Shown here piece after piece: positions 37,173 through 47,346 of a stretch of 64,000 nucleotides of DNA. This DNA comes from Clostridiales bacterium. GTDB lineage: Bacteria; Bacillota; Clostridia; Monoglobales; WRBX01. Below the pieces are notes generated by a model that saw only the letters and a program-made list of their open reading frames with translations, was not told where the DNA came from and did no database searches. The position numbers and the translations under genes are program-made. The stretch's first letter is position 1. The number at the start of each line of letters is the position of its first letter. The stretch is taken from assembly GCA_031263785.1 (NCBI GenBank), contig JAISFC010000026.1, positions 2,922 to 66,921 of the forward strand. Direction: 5' to 3'.

Positions 37173-37795
37173 GCGTACACCTCCTGCAGCTTTTCAACCG
37201 CCTCTTCGGTTATGACAAAACTGTCGTGTTTCAGCACGTCGTACACGTTCAGCGAGCCCAAAATCGTGGTGCGCACATTCGGGATGTTCCCGCCCGACCG
37301 CACGACGTTCTCGTTCTTCACCGCTGTCACAATCAATGTTTTTGCACTTGCTCCTATATTAGAAAGAATTTCTACCATGCTCTTTGTTTTTATCTCCGGC
37401 AAGTCCAATTTATTCACGACAATAAGCTTGTTTTCCTGCAGCTTCATGGTCAGCGCGGATTTCATCGCCACGCGCCTCAGCTTTTTATTGACCGAGAATC
37501 TATAACTGCGCGGCTTAGGACCCAGCGCAACGCCGCCGCCCTTCCACTGCGGTGAACGAATACTGCCCTGCCTCGCGCGCCCCGACCCCTTTTGACGCCA
37601 CGGTTTACGCCCGCCGCCGCGCACCTCTGTACGCGTACGCGTGTTCTGCGTGCCCTGCCGCTGATTCGCCAAATAGTTGACCACCATCGTGTGAATCGCC
37701 GCCTCATTGACCTCCGCGCCAAAAATCTCGTCCTTCAGGTCTATATCTTTAATTGTCTTGCCTGTTTGATAATCAATTACGCTCACTTTTGCCAT
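37169..37795 (-). CDS. rplD: 50S ribosomal protein L4
   Basis: 208 aa (GGGRKPWRQKGSGRARQGSIRSPQW). Confidence 0.95.
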   Translation of the reverse strand: MAKVSVIDYQTGKTIKDIDLKDEIFGAEVNEAAIHTMVVNYLANQRQGTQNTRTRTEVRGGGRKPWRQKGSGRARQGSIRSPQWKGGGVALGPKPRSYRFSVNKKLRRVAMKSALTMKLQENKLIVVNKLDLPEIKTKSMVEILSNIGASAKTLIVTAVKNENVVRSGGNIPNVRTTILGSLNVYDVLKHDSFVITEEAVEKLQEVYA

Positions 37796-37879
37796 TGAAT
37801 TTCAATCCCTTTCGTTTTCGTCCGCCGTCCTCTCAATTTCCGTCAACCGCTTCGCGTTCGCTCGCCTTCCGCGTCGGCT

Positions 37880-38497
37880 CTAAACCGTCACTTCCACCAA
37901 GCCGCCGTCCGCTCCCGGAACCGCCCCGCGAATCAGCAACAAACGCCGCTCTGCATCCACATTGACAAGCTCCAAATTCTTGACGGAAACCCGCTCCGCT
38001 CCCATGTGCCCCGGCTGTTTTTTGCCCTTAAACACACGCGAAGGGTCCGAGCACGCGCCAAGCGAACCCGCCCTGCGATGATAGTGCGAGCCGTGCGACA
38101 TTGGTCCGCGATGGCTCCCGTGCCGCTTAATCGCCCCGGCAAACCCTTTTCCCTTGCTAATGCCGGAAACCTTCACCTTCTCGCCCGCTTCAAACTGCTC
38201 AACGCCCAGCTCCGCGCCTACCTCCAGCGCCTCGATGTCGTCCAGACGCATCTCGCGCAAATGCCGCATAGCCTTCACGCCCGCCTTAGAAAATTGCCCG
38301 CCTTTAGGTCTGTTTACAAGCTTCTCGCGGATTTCCCCATAGCCCACCTGGACCGCCGCATAGCCGTCCGTTTCAGCGGTTTTCTTCTGAATCACCACAT
38401 TCGGCGTCTCAACGTGAATAACCGTCACCGGAATCATCATGCCGTCTTTTATAAATTGGGTCATCCCTATTTTGTGCCCTAATATTGCCTTTTTCAA
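37880..38497 (-). CDS. rplC: 50S ribosomal protein L3
   Basis: TTG at 38495-38497 with GAGGAGAGG upstream gives (M)[13 protein letters not shown]. The ORF-track start at 38560 is probably too far upstream. Confidence 0.9.
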   Translation of the reverse strand: MKKAILGHKIGMTQFIKDGMMIPVTVIHVETPNVVIQKKTAETDGYAAVQVGYGEIREKLVNRPKGGQFSKAGVKAMRHLREMRLDDIEALEVGAELGVEQFEAGEKVKVSGISKGKGFAGAIKRHGSHRGPMSHGSHYHRRAGSLGACSDPSRVFKGKKQPGHMGAERVSVKNLELVNVDAERRLLLIRGAVPGADGGLVEVTV

Positions 38498-38757
38498 GTC
38501 TTTCCTCTCCTCTGCGATTGGTTGGTCCCGTCCCTGCGGACTGTTCTCCAACTTCGCCAATATATTTACGAAACCGCGTTTGCTTTTTTATGAAGCCGCT
38601 CAATTTCCGTCCTATTATAATGTAATAATTAAAGCGTTCTCACAATCCAGCCGCCCTTGCGGGGCTTTGCCGCAGTTTCCTACGCGCCAACGCGCGCTTA
38701 ACATCGTCTGATTATTGCTATGTTTTCGCCACTTACTCTCAAGCGTCCGCGCCCAAA

Positions 38758-39090
38758 TCACTGGCTGCCGCTCAGCTTAATTTCAAAGTCCACACCCGCG
38801 GGCAAGTCCAGCCTCATAAGCGTTTCGACGGTCTTTTGCCCCGGCGCGTAGATGTCAATCAGCCTCTTGTGTGTGCGCCGCTCAAATTGCTCACGGCTGT
38901 CCTTATACTTGTGCACCGCGCGCAAAATCGTCACGATTTCCCGCTTTGTCGGCAACGGAATCGGTCCGCGTACCTTCGCGCCCGTCCCTATCACCACGCG
39001 TATTATGCGCTCGCAAGAATCGTCTAGCATGGACGTGTCGTACGACCTCACCTTAATTCTAATTTTTTCATTTGATTTGTCTGCCGCCAT
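38758..39090 (-). CDS. rpsJ: 30S ribosomal protein S10
   Basis: 110 aa ([10 protein letters not shown]...[13 protein letters not shown]). Confidence 0.95.
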   Translation of the reverse strand: MAADKSNEKIRIKVRSYDTSMLDDSCERIIRVVIGTGAKVRGPIPLPTKREIVTILRAVHKYKDSREQFERRTHKRLIDIYAPGQKTVETLMRLDLPAGVDFEIKLSGSQ

Positions 39091-39264
39091 GCTTTTTCCT
39101 CCAATATCAAATAGCTTTTGTGAAACTCGTGTGCAGTGTCCGCGGCTGTCATCCGCATTTTACGCCTAATCCATTCCCGTCTGCACTCGCAAAAAACCTT
39201 CCACGTATTCGGGCGTTCGCAGAGCTTTCAACAAAACCACTGCCGCATTTTCGCCGCACTTGAT

Positions 39265-39293
39265 ATTATATAACGCTTTTGTTAATTTGTCAA
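39265..39293 (-). promoter_or_regulatory. consensus promoter of the S10 operon
   Basis: On the minus strand: TTGACA (39288-39293), 17 nt, TATAAT (39265-39270). This leaves a ~170-nt leader before rpsJ. Confidence 0.7.
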
Positions 39294-39312
39294 GACTTTT
39301 TTTAAAAAAATA

Positions 39313-39341
39313 TTGACAAATTTAAAATTTTATGTTATGAT
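39313..39341 (+). promoter_or_regulatory. promoter of rplJ-rplL
   Basis: TTGACA (39313-39318), 17 nt, TATGAT (39336-39341). It is back-to-back with the S10 promoter. Confidence 0.65.
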
Positions 39342-39349
39342 AATAATTG

Positions 39350-39559
39350 TTCCACAGACAACAGGTGGCGCAAACGCGCATAAACCCTGTCGAGGAAGCG
39401 AGAATTACAACACAGTGGCGGAGAATTTCGGTTGAGAATTTTTCAGGTCGCCGTGCGTTACATCAAGGTTGAGCGTTTCTTCTTCTTTTCGTGAGTTATG
39501 TGGAAGGGAGATTTTTTTATGTCTTTGCAACAGACTATCTTAATTATGGAGGTGATTTT
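39350..39559 (+). promoter_or_regulatory. rplJ 5' leader (candidate L10(L12)4 autoregulatory leader)
   Basis: ~210-nt untranslated leader between the promoter and the rplJ start. L10 leaders are established in Firmicutes, but I did not verify the fold. Confidence 0.4.
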
Positions 39560-40087
39560 TTGCCAAACAAAAAGGTTCTCGCAAGCAAGAAAAAGACCGT
39601 CAAGGATTTAGCGGCGCTTATGCAGTCCGCCAAAATCGGTGTGCTGGTCGACTATCGCGGGCTGACCGTCGCGGAGGATACCGAGCTCCGCAACAAATTC
39701 CGCGCTGAAGGCGTTAAATACAGCGTCATCAAGAACACAATGGCGCGGCTTGCCATCAAGGGAATCGGGCTGGAGGAGCTGGAGCCCGTCTTGAGCGGTC
39801 CCACCTCGCTGGCGACCGGCGATTCCGACCTCATTGCCCCCGCGCGCATTTTGTTCGACTTTGCCAAGGATAACGAGGCGATCGAGATAAAAGGCGGTTT
39901 TCTCGAGGGGAAAGTGGTGGACGCAAACGTTATCAAGCGGCTGGCGTCGTTGCCGCCGAAAGAGGTTCTCATCGCAAAAATGCTGGGCAGCATGAACGCC
40001 CCCGTTTCAGGGCTCGTCAACGTACTCAACGCGAACATTACAGGGCTGGTGCGTGTGTTAGGGCAAATCCGCGATAAAGCGGCGTAA
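39560..40087 (+). CDS. rplJ: 50S ribosomal protein L10
   Basis: TTG at 39560 with GGAGGTG upstream gives (M)PNKKVLASKKKTVKDLAAL. Confidence 0.9.
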   Translation: MPNKKVLASKKKTVKDLAALMQSAKIGVLVDYRGLTVAEDTELRNKFRAEGVKYSVIKNTMARLAIKGIGLEELEPVLSGPTSLATGDSDLIAPARILFDFAKDNEAIEIKGGFLEGKVVDANVIKRLASLPPKEVLIAKMLGSMNAPVSGLVNVLNANITGLVRVLGQIRDKAA

Positions 40088-40162
40088 ACCCACGCGCGGA
40101 GGCTGAATTGAAAAATTGTTACTATTAAAATGCAGAAAAATTAATTAAAAGGAGAGATTTAA

Positions 40163-40543
40163 ATGGCTTCAAACGTAGAAAAGCTTATTGAAAGCGTAAA
40201 ATCATTGACGGTATTGGAATTGTCGGAATTAGTTAAGGCTTTGGAGGAAGAATTCGGCGTATCAGCGGCTGCTCCGGTAGCAGTTGCAGCGGCGGCTCCG
40301 GCAGCTGGCGGCGCGGCTCCCGCGGACGAAAAGAGCGAGTTTAACGTGGTTCTTAAGGAGTCCGGCGCGGAGAAGATTAAGGTCATCAAGGTTGTTCGCG
40401 AGATTACCGGATTAGGGCTTAAAGAGGCGAAAGACCTCGTGGACGGCGCGCCCAAAGCCGTCAAGGAGAACGTGAACAAAGAGGAAGCCGACGGCTTGAA
40501 GGCGAAGCTCGAAGAGGTCGGCGCAACCGTGGAGCTGCAATAG
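40163..40543 (+). CDS. rplL: 50S ribosomal protein L7/L12
   Basis: 126 aa with Ala-rich hinge and C-terminal domain ([26 protein letters not shown]). Confidence 0.95.
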   Translation: MASNVEKLIESVKSLTVLELSELVKALEEEFGVSAAAPVAVAAAAPAAGGAAPADEKSEFNVVLKESGAEKIKVIKVVREITGLGLKEAKDLVDGAPKAVKENVNKEEADGLKAKLEEVGATVELQ

Positions 40544-40738
40544 TAGGCGTTCAGCGCGATTTTACAGCTCGCAAATAATGCGGGGCATGTAGAATATATC
40601 TAGACGATAAGGTTTGGTTTGGTTTGTTTTAGTGTCCGAAGGCGCGGGGGCGGTCCGTGAAAATGCCGACCGTCCCCTCCAAAGGACCCGAATGCCGCGG
40701 TTTTTAGCGGTTTTTATCGGATAGAAAGGAGCGCCGTT

Positions 40739-41368
40739 TTGGACGTTTTGGACATTCCGAACATTAAAAATTTAATGCGGGTACAAGCCGCAAACGGCGT
40801 CGGCGAAAAGTTTTTGCTGCACAGCTGCTGCGCCCCCTGTTCTACGCATGTTATCAACATTTTAAAATCTTTTGACCTCACGGTCCTTTATTTTAATCCC
40901 AATATTTTGCCCGAGGCTGAATATCAACGCAGGCTTTCGGAGCAGAAGCGATTTTTAGCAATCAAAAATATCCCCATGATAGATTTCGGCTACGATAATT
41001 CCGCCTTTATTCAGCATGTTTTGCGCGGTCGCGAGGGCGAACGCGAAGGCGGCGAGCGGTGCGCTTTGTGCTACGAAATGCGCATGAATCAGGCTGCCGA
41101 CGTCGCCAAAACTCTCGGCGCGACGTGGTTCGGGACTACACTGTCCGTCAGTCCTCACAAAAACGCGGATATTATCAACAATATCGGCAGGCGTCTGCAA
41201 GAAAAATACGGCGTGCGCTTTTTCGCGGCGGACTTCAAAAAGGACGACGGATATAAAAAATCGGTCGCGATTTCCCACGAATACGGGCTGTACAGGCAGA
41301 ATTACTGCGGTTGCACCGCGCCGTCAATCGATACCAAAATCGCACAAAATAAAGGGGTGACGATATGA
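40739..41368 (+). CDS. queH: epoxyqueuosine reductase QueH (DUF208)
   Basis: LLHSCCAPCS motif and C-terminal YRQNYCGC. AAAGGAG lies 7 nt upstream of the TTG start. Confidence 0.75.
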   Translation: MDVLDIPNIKNLMRVQAANGVGEKFLLHSCCAPCSTHVINILKSFDLTVLYFNPNILPEAEYQRRLSEQKRFLAIKNIPMIDFGYDNSAFIQHVLRGREGEREGGERCALCYEMRMNQAADVAKTLGATWFGTTLSVSPHKNADIINNIGRRLQEKYGVRFFAADFKKDDGYKKSVAISHEYGLYRQNYCGCTAPSIDTKIAQNKGVTI

Positions 41369-42117
41369 ACAAAATCGTGTTTGAAGAGGTCACAAAGTCG
41401 TTTGGCACGGTAATAGCCATCAACGGCTTAAATCTGTGTGTTGCGGAGGGCGAGGTCCATGCGCTTCTCGGGCACAACGGCGCGGGGAAAACCACAACGC
41501 TCCGCTTGCTCCTCGGGCTTTTGGAGCCGGACAACGGAAATATCGCAGTTTTTGGGCATAATCCACTCAAAGACGGTCACGCCGTGCGCTCCATGTGCGG
41601 CGTCTTGTCGGAAGATGTGGGGCTGTACGAACCCTTGACCGTGTACGATAATTTGCTGTATTATGCGGATATTTACGGCATGAACCGCGTGGAGTCCAAT
41701 AAGCGCATAGATGAATTGCTCGGCAGATTTGACCTCTTTGATAAAAAGGGATTGATTATTAAGGGCTTTTCCACAGGCATGAAAAAGAAAGTCGCCCTAA
41801 TCCGCGCCATGCTGCACCGACCGCGCATTTTGCTGCTGGACGAGCCGACGAACGGGCTTGACCCTGTAAGTACCACGGATTTAAGAAATATGTTGTCCGA
41901 GCTGGCGAAGCAGCAGGGTGCGACTATTATTATGACAACGCACAATCTGGAAGAGGCGCAGAAAATGTGCGATAAAATCAGCATTTTCCGTCATGGGCAA
42001 AATATTTTTACGGATTCAATTTCCGCCCTCAAAGACAGCGCCCAATACATGGATAACGGGCAATTCAGCCTCGAAAAGCTATATATGGAGCTTGAAACGG
42101 CGGGGGCGCGGCAATGA
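41365..42117 (+). CDS. ABC transporter ATP-binding protein
   Basis: Walker A GHNGAGKTT, signature FSTGMKKK, Walker B ILLLDEPTNGLD. Confidence 0.9.
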   Translation: MNKIVFEEVTKSFGTVIAINGLNLCVAEGEVHALLGHNGAGKTTTLRLLLGLLEPDNGNIAVFGHNPLKDGHAVRSMCGVLSEDVGLYEPLTVYDNLLYYADIYGMNRVESNKRIDELLGRFDLFDKKGLIIKGFSTGMKKKVALIRAMLHRPRILLLDEPTNGLDPVSTTDLRNMLSELAKQQGATIIMTTHNLEEAQKMCDKISIFRHGQNIFTDSISALKDSAQYMDNGQFSLEKLYMELETAGARQ

Positions 42118-43538
42118 GTAAATCAAATCTTGTGTTCCGCATTCAATTTGCGGGATTCATGCGGGAAAAAGGCATGATTGTATTTTATTGTCTATCTATT
42201 GCAATTATCGGCGTTGTCGCTCCGCTTTTTTTGCGCGGGGCAACTTCATCCTTGACAATGACGGCGGTATTTGCGGTTTTGTTCCTAAAACCGATACTCG
42301 CTGACAGTTTGGCGGGAGCGCGGGAACGCAGAACGCTTGAACCGTTACTTTCCTCTCCAATAAGCGGGAAAAGCATTGTTTGGGGGAAGTTTAAGTTTTG
42401 CCTGTGGTTTGCGGTCTGCTTTTTCGCTTTAGCCGTCTTATGCGCCGCATTGACCGCTCGGCTTGTCGGTTCTCCAATCGCATTAACCGCCGTGCAATGG
42501 GTAAGCATCGCGCTGCTGGCTGTGCTTAATTTCAGCGCGATTTCCATCTCGGGCGTTCACGCTTCCGCAACGTCGGGCGACACGCGCTCCGCTAACCGCC
42601 GTATATCGCGCATTTCCTATCCTCTTGGGCTATCGTTTGCCGTGTATCCGGCGGTTATCGTGTCCGCAGATATTGTCCCCGCGCTCATCGTAGGCGGCGC
42701 TTTAATGCTTATCTACCTTTGTGTTTTGCTGACTTTCGTCGTTAAGACAAGTAAAATGAAACCGTCGGATTTTTTTGAGAACATGCAAACGAAGAACACA
42801 GTGAACCCGCATGAGCAATCCACTTCTTTCACGCCCAAATCACAGTTTGCAATTGTATTAGGGTTTGAATTAAAGTATCTGCGGTCGCTTAAAACGCTGC
42901 TCGTAAATTTCGGGATTTTGTGCCTTGCCCCCGCCCTTTTTGCGTGGATCTTCGCATATTACTCCGGGGGAAGAATCGACCTAAACTATGCCGTGTTTGT
43001 AACCGTGTTTATGATCCCGCGAGCGCCGACAAACTTAATCGCTTACTCAATCGGCGGCGAAAAAGCCTACAAAACAGGTGAATCTTTGCTGTCCGCCCCG
43101 TTACACATCAGCCCTATTTTCCTAGCGAAGTGCATGGTTCCGATTCTTGTATCCGCGGTTATGCTTATAGTATCGGCATTGGTCACGTTGATGGGCGCAA
43201 GCATTCTCGGCTGGACCTCGCCCGATATCGCCCCACTTGTCGGATACACCGCCGCGCAGCTTGTTTTGCTGTTCCCCGTCAGCATTATGGCGTCCGGGAT
43301 GATGACGTTTATATCGGCTATCCTTTCCGTGATTCTAAAAACGCCGCGCCACGGATTATACGCAACCAGCATTATATCAATCGTTTTTCTATTCCCTGCA
43401 TTGGCGATTGTGTATCTCGCGCAAAACATATTGTTGTGGTCGGTAATATATTTTGCGGTTTTGCTTATCGGGAACGCAATTTGCATCAAGCGTATTTCCG
43501 ACAAAATCACCCGACCTCAAATAATGAGGCTGCTATAA
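42114..43538 (+). CDS. ABC-2-type polytopic permease (two fused 6-TM halves)
   Basis: 474 aa and very hydrophobic. Translationally coupled to the ATPase (ATGA overlap). Confidence 0.7.
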   Translation: MSKSNLVFRIQFAGFMREKGMIVFYCLSIAIIGVVAPLFLRGATSSLTMTAVFAVLFLKPILADSLAGARERRTLEPLLSSPISGKSIVWGKFKFCLWFAVCFFALAVLCAALTARLVGSPIALTAVQWVSIALLAVLNFSAISISGVHASATSGDTRSANRRISRISYPLGLSFAVYPAVIVSADIVPALIVGGALMLIYLCVLLTFVVKTSKMKPSDFFENMQTKNTVNPHEQSTSFTPKSQFAIVLGFELKYLRSLKTLLVNFGILCLAPALFAWIFAYYSGGRIDLNYAVFVTVFMIPRAPTNLIAYSIGGEKAYKTGESLLSAPLHISPIFLAKCMVPILVSAVMLIVSALVTLMGASILGWTSPDIAPLVGYTAAQLVLLFPVSIMASGMMTFISAILSVILKTPRHGLYATSIISIVFLFPALAIVYLAQNILLWSVIYFAVLLIGNAICIKRISDKITRPQIMRLL

Positions 43539-43587
43539 ACCTGAACGCATGCGGTGGGGAACGGTAAAATTGCGGAATAAATTTTTC

Positions 43588-43616
43588 TTGACAAGCTTAT
43601 AAACGAGTGTTAGAAT
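43588..43616 (+). promoter_or_regulatory. promoter of the lipoprotein gene
   Basis: TTGACA (43588-43593), 17 nt, TAGAAT (43611-43616). Confidence 0.6.
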
Positions 43617-43706
43617 ACAAGTAGAACAATCGCAAATGTCAGCCGCGCGCGCGTCGTAATGCCGTTTTCGCGGCTGTAAAATAAAAAAAGAATAGGAGCT
43701 AATTTT

Positions 43707-44267
43707 ATGAGGAAATTTGTGAGTTTTATGTTTGCGGCAGCGCTGGTGGTTGCCCTCGCAGGCTGTGGAACGACAGAAAACGGCGGTGAACCGTCCGGCT
43801 CCATCGTTCCCCCGCTGGGCGACTACCCGAATTATGTAGCCGTGTTTCAGGCGTTTTCCACCGACGAAACCCTTGATAGTTTCAACAATAAGTTGGGCGT
43901 GACGGGTGTGCTTGCCAATCCCGAAGTTTCGCAAGTGTCCTATTTGTGGGATATCGACGGCGGACACGGCGTCACCGCCTCGGTTTCCTCCTCGGGCAGA
44001 ATAGCCTCCGCGGAGCTAATTTACGACGAGAAACAGGTCACAAACTCCAACATTTCCATAAGTCAGACAGGGCTCGACGAGCTTCGGGCAAAAGACGACG
44101 CCACATACGATTACATTAAATCAAGATGCGGCGATAACGGGCTATTGGTGCGCTTTTCCGCCAGCGGCACACGTACATACGTTTGGCTTAGCGACGACTA
44201 TAAATTGTCCGCCACCTTCGACGCGGCAAATATATCAACCAATATAACCGGCGGTCCGCGAATATAA
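43707..44267 (+). CDS. lipoprotein, function unknown
   Basis: Signal peptide with lipobox (VVALAGC). 186 aa. Confidence 0.75.
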   Translation: MRKFVSFMFAAALVVALAGCGTTENGGEPSGSIVPPLGDYPNYVAVFQAFSTDETLDSFNNKLGVTGVLANPEVSQVSYLWDIDGGHGVTASVSSSGRIASAELIYDEKQVTNSNISISQTGLDELRAKDDATYDYIKSRCGDNGLLVRFSASGTRTYVWLSDDYKLSATFDAANISTNITGGPRI

Positions 44268-44370
44268 CCTCGTGAAAATTAACACTTAGAGTGATTTCAT
44301 CGGCACTTTCTTGTTAATGACCACTTTCCGCGGCAAAATGAGTGGTAGCTTTCTGCGACAGTATGATTTA

Positions 44371-47346
44371 TTAAAGAGCTTTCCCTAAATTTAGTTTTGC
44401 CCCTGCCGCTTTAACCGCTCCGTCAACCACTTGCTGTGGCGCGGAAACGGCATGACCGGGCGCGGGCGCAATTTCTTTTTGATGTCTGATTTCCGCCATG
44501 GTTCCGTGTAAAGTTGCTTGCCCCCGTTCGCCGCCCCTATCGGCTATGCCCTCTTTTACCCGCATAGTTTCACCTCTTTTAGTCTTCATGAACTCATAAT
44601 GACTGTCCCGCATAAGAGTGCAATCATCTATGAATTTTTCTACACTTTCAGCGCACGTCGCACGCATTTCGGGATTTTCTCCGTGCGCAGATTTTATGGC
44701 TTGAAGCACGTTTTCCACCCTGTCCCCAATGCCCTCTTTTGTCAGAAATTCATCACCTTTCGGCGTATTTCCCGTTTCCCACGCGTACCCGCTTGTGTAG
44801 GAGGTCAACGAATACAAATACTCCTTGACATTTTCGGGCGTCGGATTCCGCACTGCCGCGCCCTCTTGCGCAATAATCCGCTCCCGATGCAAACGTTTAT
44901 ACTCGGGAACATTCACCTTGACTATGGGCACACTCAAGTCGGGTCCGCCCAACTCTTGAGCGGCTTGCCTGTGCGCATCGTTCACCTCGGGTGAAAAGCA
45001 CAACACGCAATTAGGCTTTATTTTATCGCCGTTCGCCGCTTCCCTGTAAATCACAAACTCGTTATGTATGTATATTGTCCGCTTGGATGTTTCCGAGGAC
45101 GTCATATAATCCATTCCGCCTTTTGACGTGAGGAAACGGCTGTTATCCTTGCCCTGCGAGAAAACATCACGCGGTGCGGACATAGCAAATTGATCCGGGC
45201 TGATTTCCACGAACCCCAACTTTACCACCTCCGCGTTATTCTCGCCGCGGTCGGCATGCCCCATGTTGTAATTCGTCACCAAAGACGTGCATAAGTAGGA
45301 CTTTCCGCGCTCACGACCGTCAAAATCCGCCACCGTCCCTCCCCCGCCATAGGCATTGAGCGTGTGGTTCAAAATAGAGAAATCTTCGCCGTTTAGCTGC
45401 AATACTTTAACTCCGGAGACCTCGTCTATGCTCCTGTCTTTGATTGCGTCAAGGTTCGTCAGGCTCGCCTTTAATTCTTGCCCGTACAGCCCCCGAATAT
45501 CTTTTTCCATGGTGAAAAGATTTAGTCCACTGTGCAAATTCCCGCTTTTGAAGTCAGCCATCGTCTTTTCCGCCATTTGGGTCAATTGCGCCAAATCGGT
45601 CATTTCATTGATTCGCTCCCATTCGGCAACCACGGGTTTGAATTCACCCACCGCCTCCCTGCCGATTGCTTTTTCTATCTCTCCGAGCTTTTTGCTGTCG
45701 ATATGGTGTTTTAAGTAATATGAAATAGTATCCCTTAATTCTTTACGGTCAAAATCGAACCCCGCATAGTCGCATCCATACTTCAAGGCGCAGATAATAT
45801 TCTTGCAAGCCTGCACTTTCGCCCGCTCCGTCCCAATGAGCGTCTTTTCTTTCATGCGGCTCGCCCATGTATCGGTTAAATCCGCAAGTCCGCCAACGTT
45901 TTTGACTTCTTCATACCCTTTTAAGTTCAGCTTCATAAATATTTGCATGTTGCTCCGCTCCGCAGGAGAAAGGTTGTCTCTGCCCAAAAATTCGGTCATA
46001 ACCTCCTTATTGCTGTTAAACCTATCGGTGACCACACGAAACAGATTCTCATTGAATTTTTCCATGGAGCCGCCGAGTTTTTTATACGTGTCAACGATAT
46101 TTTCCAACGACGTTTTTTCTAACGCGTCGTTCAGCTTAAATTTAAGCTTAGGAGCTTCCACATATTTCAGCAGAATGTCCACATTTTTTGCGCCAATCAA
46201 ATCCCGTGCTTTTTGGGAATACAGCTCGGAATTTCCGCTTTTAAGAATACCAAACCCATATTTGGCGACAGCCTGCTCAGCAAATTCGCCGTGTCGGATG
46301 CCATAAACCGCAAATACAGCGGATTTATGCCGCTCCATGAATTGCTCGTAGGCTTCTTTTTGCTCCCCGAACGCTGATTCATACATGCGGGTCAAGAGCT
46401 TCTTCATATCAATCGTGCCTTTTAAGCCCGCATATGCGCCTTTTCCTGTAATCACACTTTCGGCAATCGCGCGGCAGTTTGCAAAATTCAGCATATGATA
46501 AGTACCCTCCGACAGCCGTTTTATGTTGACGCGGAAGGCCCTTTTGTCCTTAATATTTGCATGAATTCTATTCCACATCGGTAGCTTTTCATTAATAAAA
46601 TCAACCGCGTTTCCGCCACGCTTGACAATCCCCGTTCCTATCTCCCTTAAAGCGTTTTTCGCCACATAGCCAACGCTCCCGCGGATTTTTGCAAAACCGT
46701 CAAAGATGTTTTGTCCCTTTTCGGGCTCCTTGCGCTTATATCCTTTCTTTTCAGCAGCTGTCGCAAATGTCGGATTATCAAACAAATAGTTATGCGCCCT
46801 ACCCAAATATTCTCCATGCCAATCCAGGAATTTATTCGATATTTCCGCGTCAAATAATTTGTGCGGCAAACGGCATAACAATTCATTTCTATCCCCCTGC
46901 TCCTGCTTCACGACAGCTTTCAGAATTACCGCTTTTTCCGCTTGCATTTCCTGCGGCAATTTATAAAACGGCATGTTGACACCTATCGCTTCAAGCGCAC
47001 CGTCAACGCTGTTTAGGTTCGTATTTTTTATTTGCCCAAGCCATTCCTGCATACGCTTTTCTTCGGATTGCCGTATTTCAGGCGTAAACGCCTCCTCCGC
47101 GAAATAATAGACAGAATCCGCCCACTTCTGATACAGTTTTTCCGCAAGCTCGGGGTTTGTAACGATTATTCGATTCTCCGGATTCCCTTGATCCAGATTA
47201 CCCGCTGCAAGAACACTCGCAAACTCATCAAAATACATGCTGTTACGGGGGTCATTTAAGGTATCAGAAAAAACGCCTAAATTGCCATTGGCAATCAACA
47301 GCTGATGTTCAAATCTGTCAAAATCATTTTTGCTTTTTAACCACAT
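44371..47346 (-). CDS. large (991 aa) cytoplasmic hypothetical protein, no recognisable family
   Basis: Long uninterrupted ORF with no signal peptide or TM segment. GGTGATGAG lies upstream of the ATG. A candidate promoter TTGACG-17-TATTAT lies ~100 nt upstream. Confidence 0.7.
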   Translation of the reverse strand: MWLKSKNDFDRFEHQLLIANGNLGVFSDTLNDPRNSMYFDEFASVLAAGNLDQGNPENRIIVTNPELAEKLYQKWADSVYYFAEEAFTPEIRQSEEKRMQEWLGQIKNTNLNSVDGALEAIGVNMPFYKLPQEMQAEKAVILKAVVKQEQGDRNELLCRLPHKLFDAEISNKFLDWHGEYLGRAHNYLFDNPTFATAAEKKGYKRKEPEKGQNIFDGFAKIRGSVGYVAKNALREIGTGIVKRGGNAVDFINEKLPMWNRIHANIKDKRAFRVNIKRLSEGTYHMLNFANCRAIAESVITGKGAYAGLKGTIDMKKLLTRMYESAFGEQKEAYEQFMERHKSAVFAVYGIRHGEFAEQAVAKYGFGILKSGNSELYSQKARDLIGAKNVDILLKYVEAPKLKFKLNDALEKTSLENIVDTYKKLGGSMEKFNENLFRVVTDRFNSNKEVMTEFLGRDNLSPAERSNMQIFMKLNLKGYEEVKNVGGLADLTDTWASRMKEKTLIGTERAKVQACKNIICALKYGCDYAGFDFDRKELRDTISYYLKHHIDSKKLGEIEKAIGREAVGEFKPVVAEWERINEMTDLAQLTQMAEKTMADFKSGNLHSGLNLFTMEKDIRGLYGQELKASLTNLDAIKDRSIDEVSGVKVLQLNGEDFSILNHTLNAYGGGGTVADFDGRERGKSYLCTSLVTNYNMGHADRGENNAEVVKLGFVEISPDQFAMSAPRDVFSQGKDNSRFLTSKGGMDYMTSSETSKRTIYIHNEFVIYREAANGDKIKPNCVLCFSPEVNDAHRQAAQELGGPDLSVPIVKVNVPEYKRLHRERIIAQEGAAVRNPTPENVKEYLYSLTSYTSGYAWETGNTPKGDEFLTKEGIGDRVENVLQAIKSAHGENPEMRATCAESVEKFIDDCTLMRDSHYEFMKTKRGETMRVKEGIADRGGERGQATLHGTMAEIRHQKEIAPAPGHAVSAPQQVVDGAVKAAGAKLNLGKAL

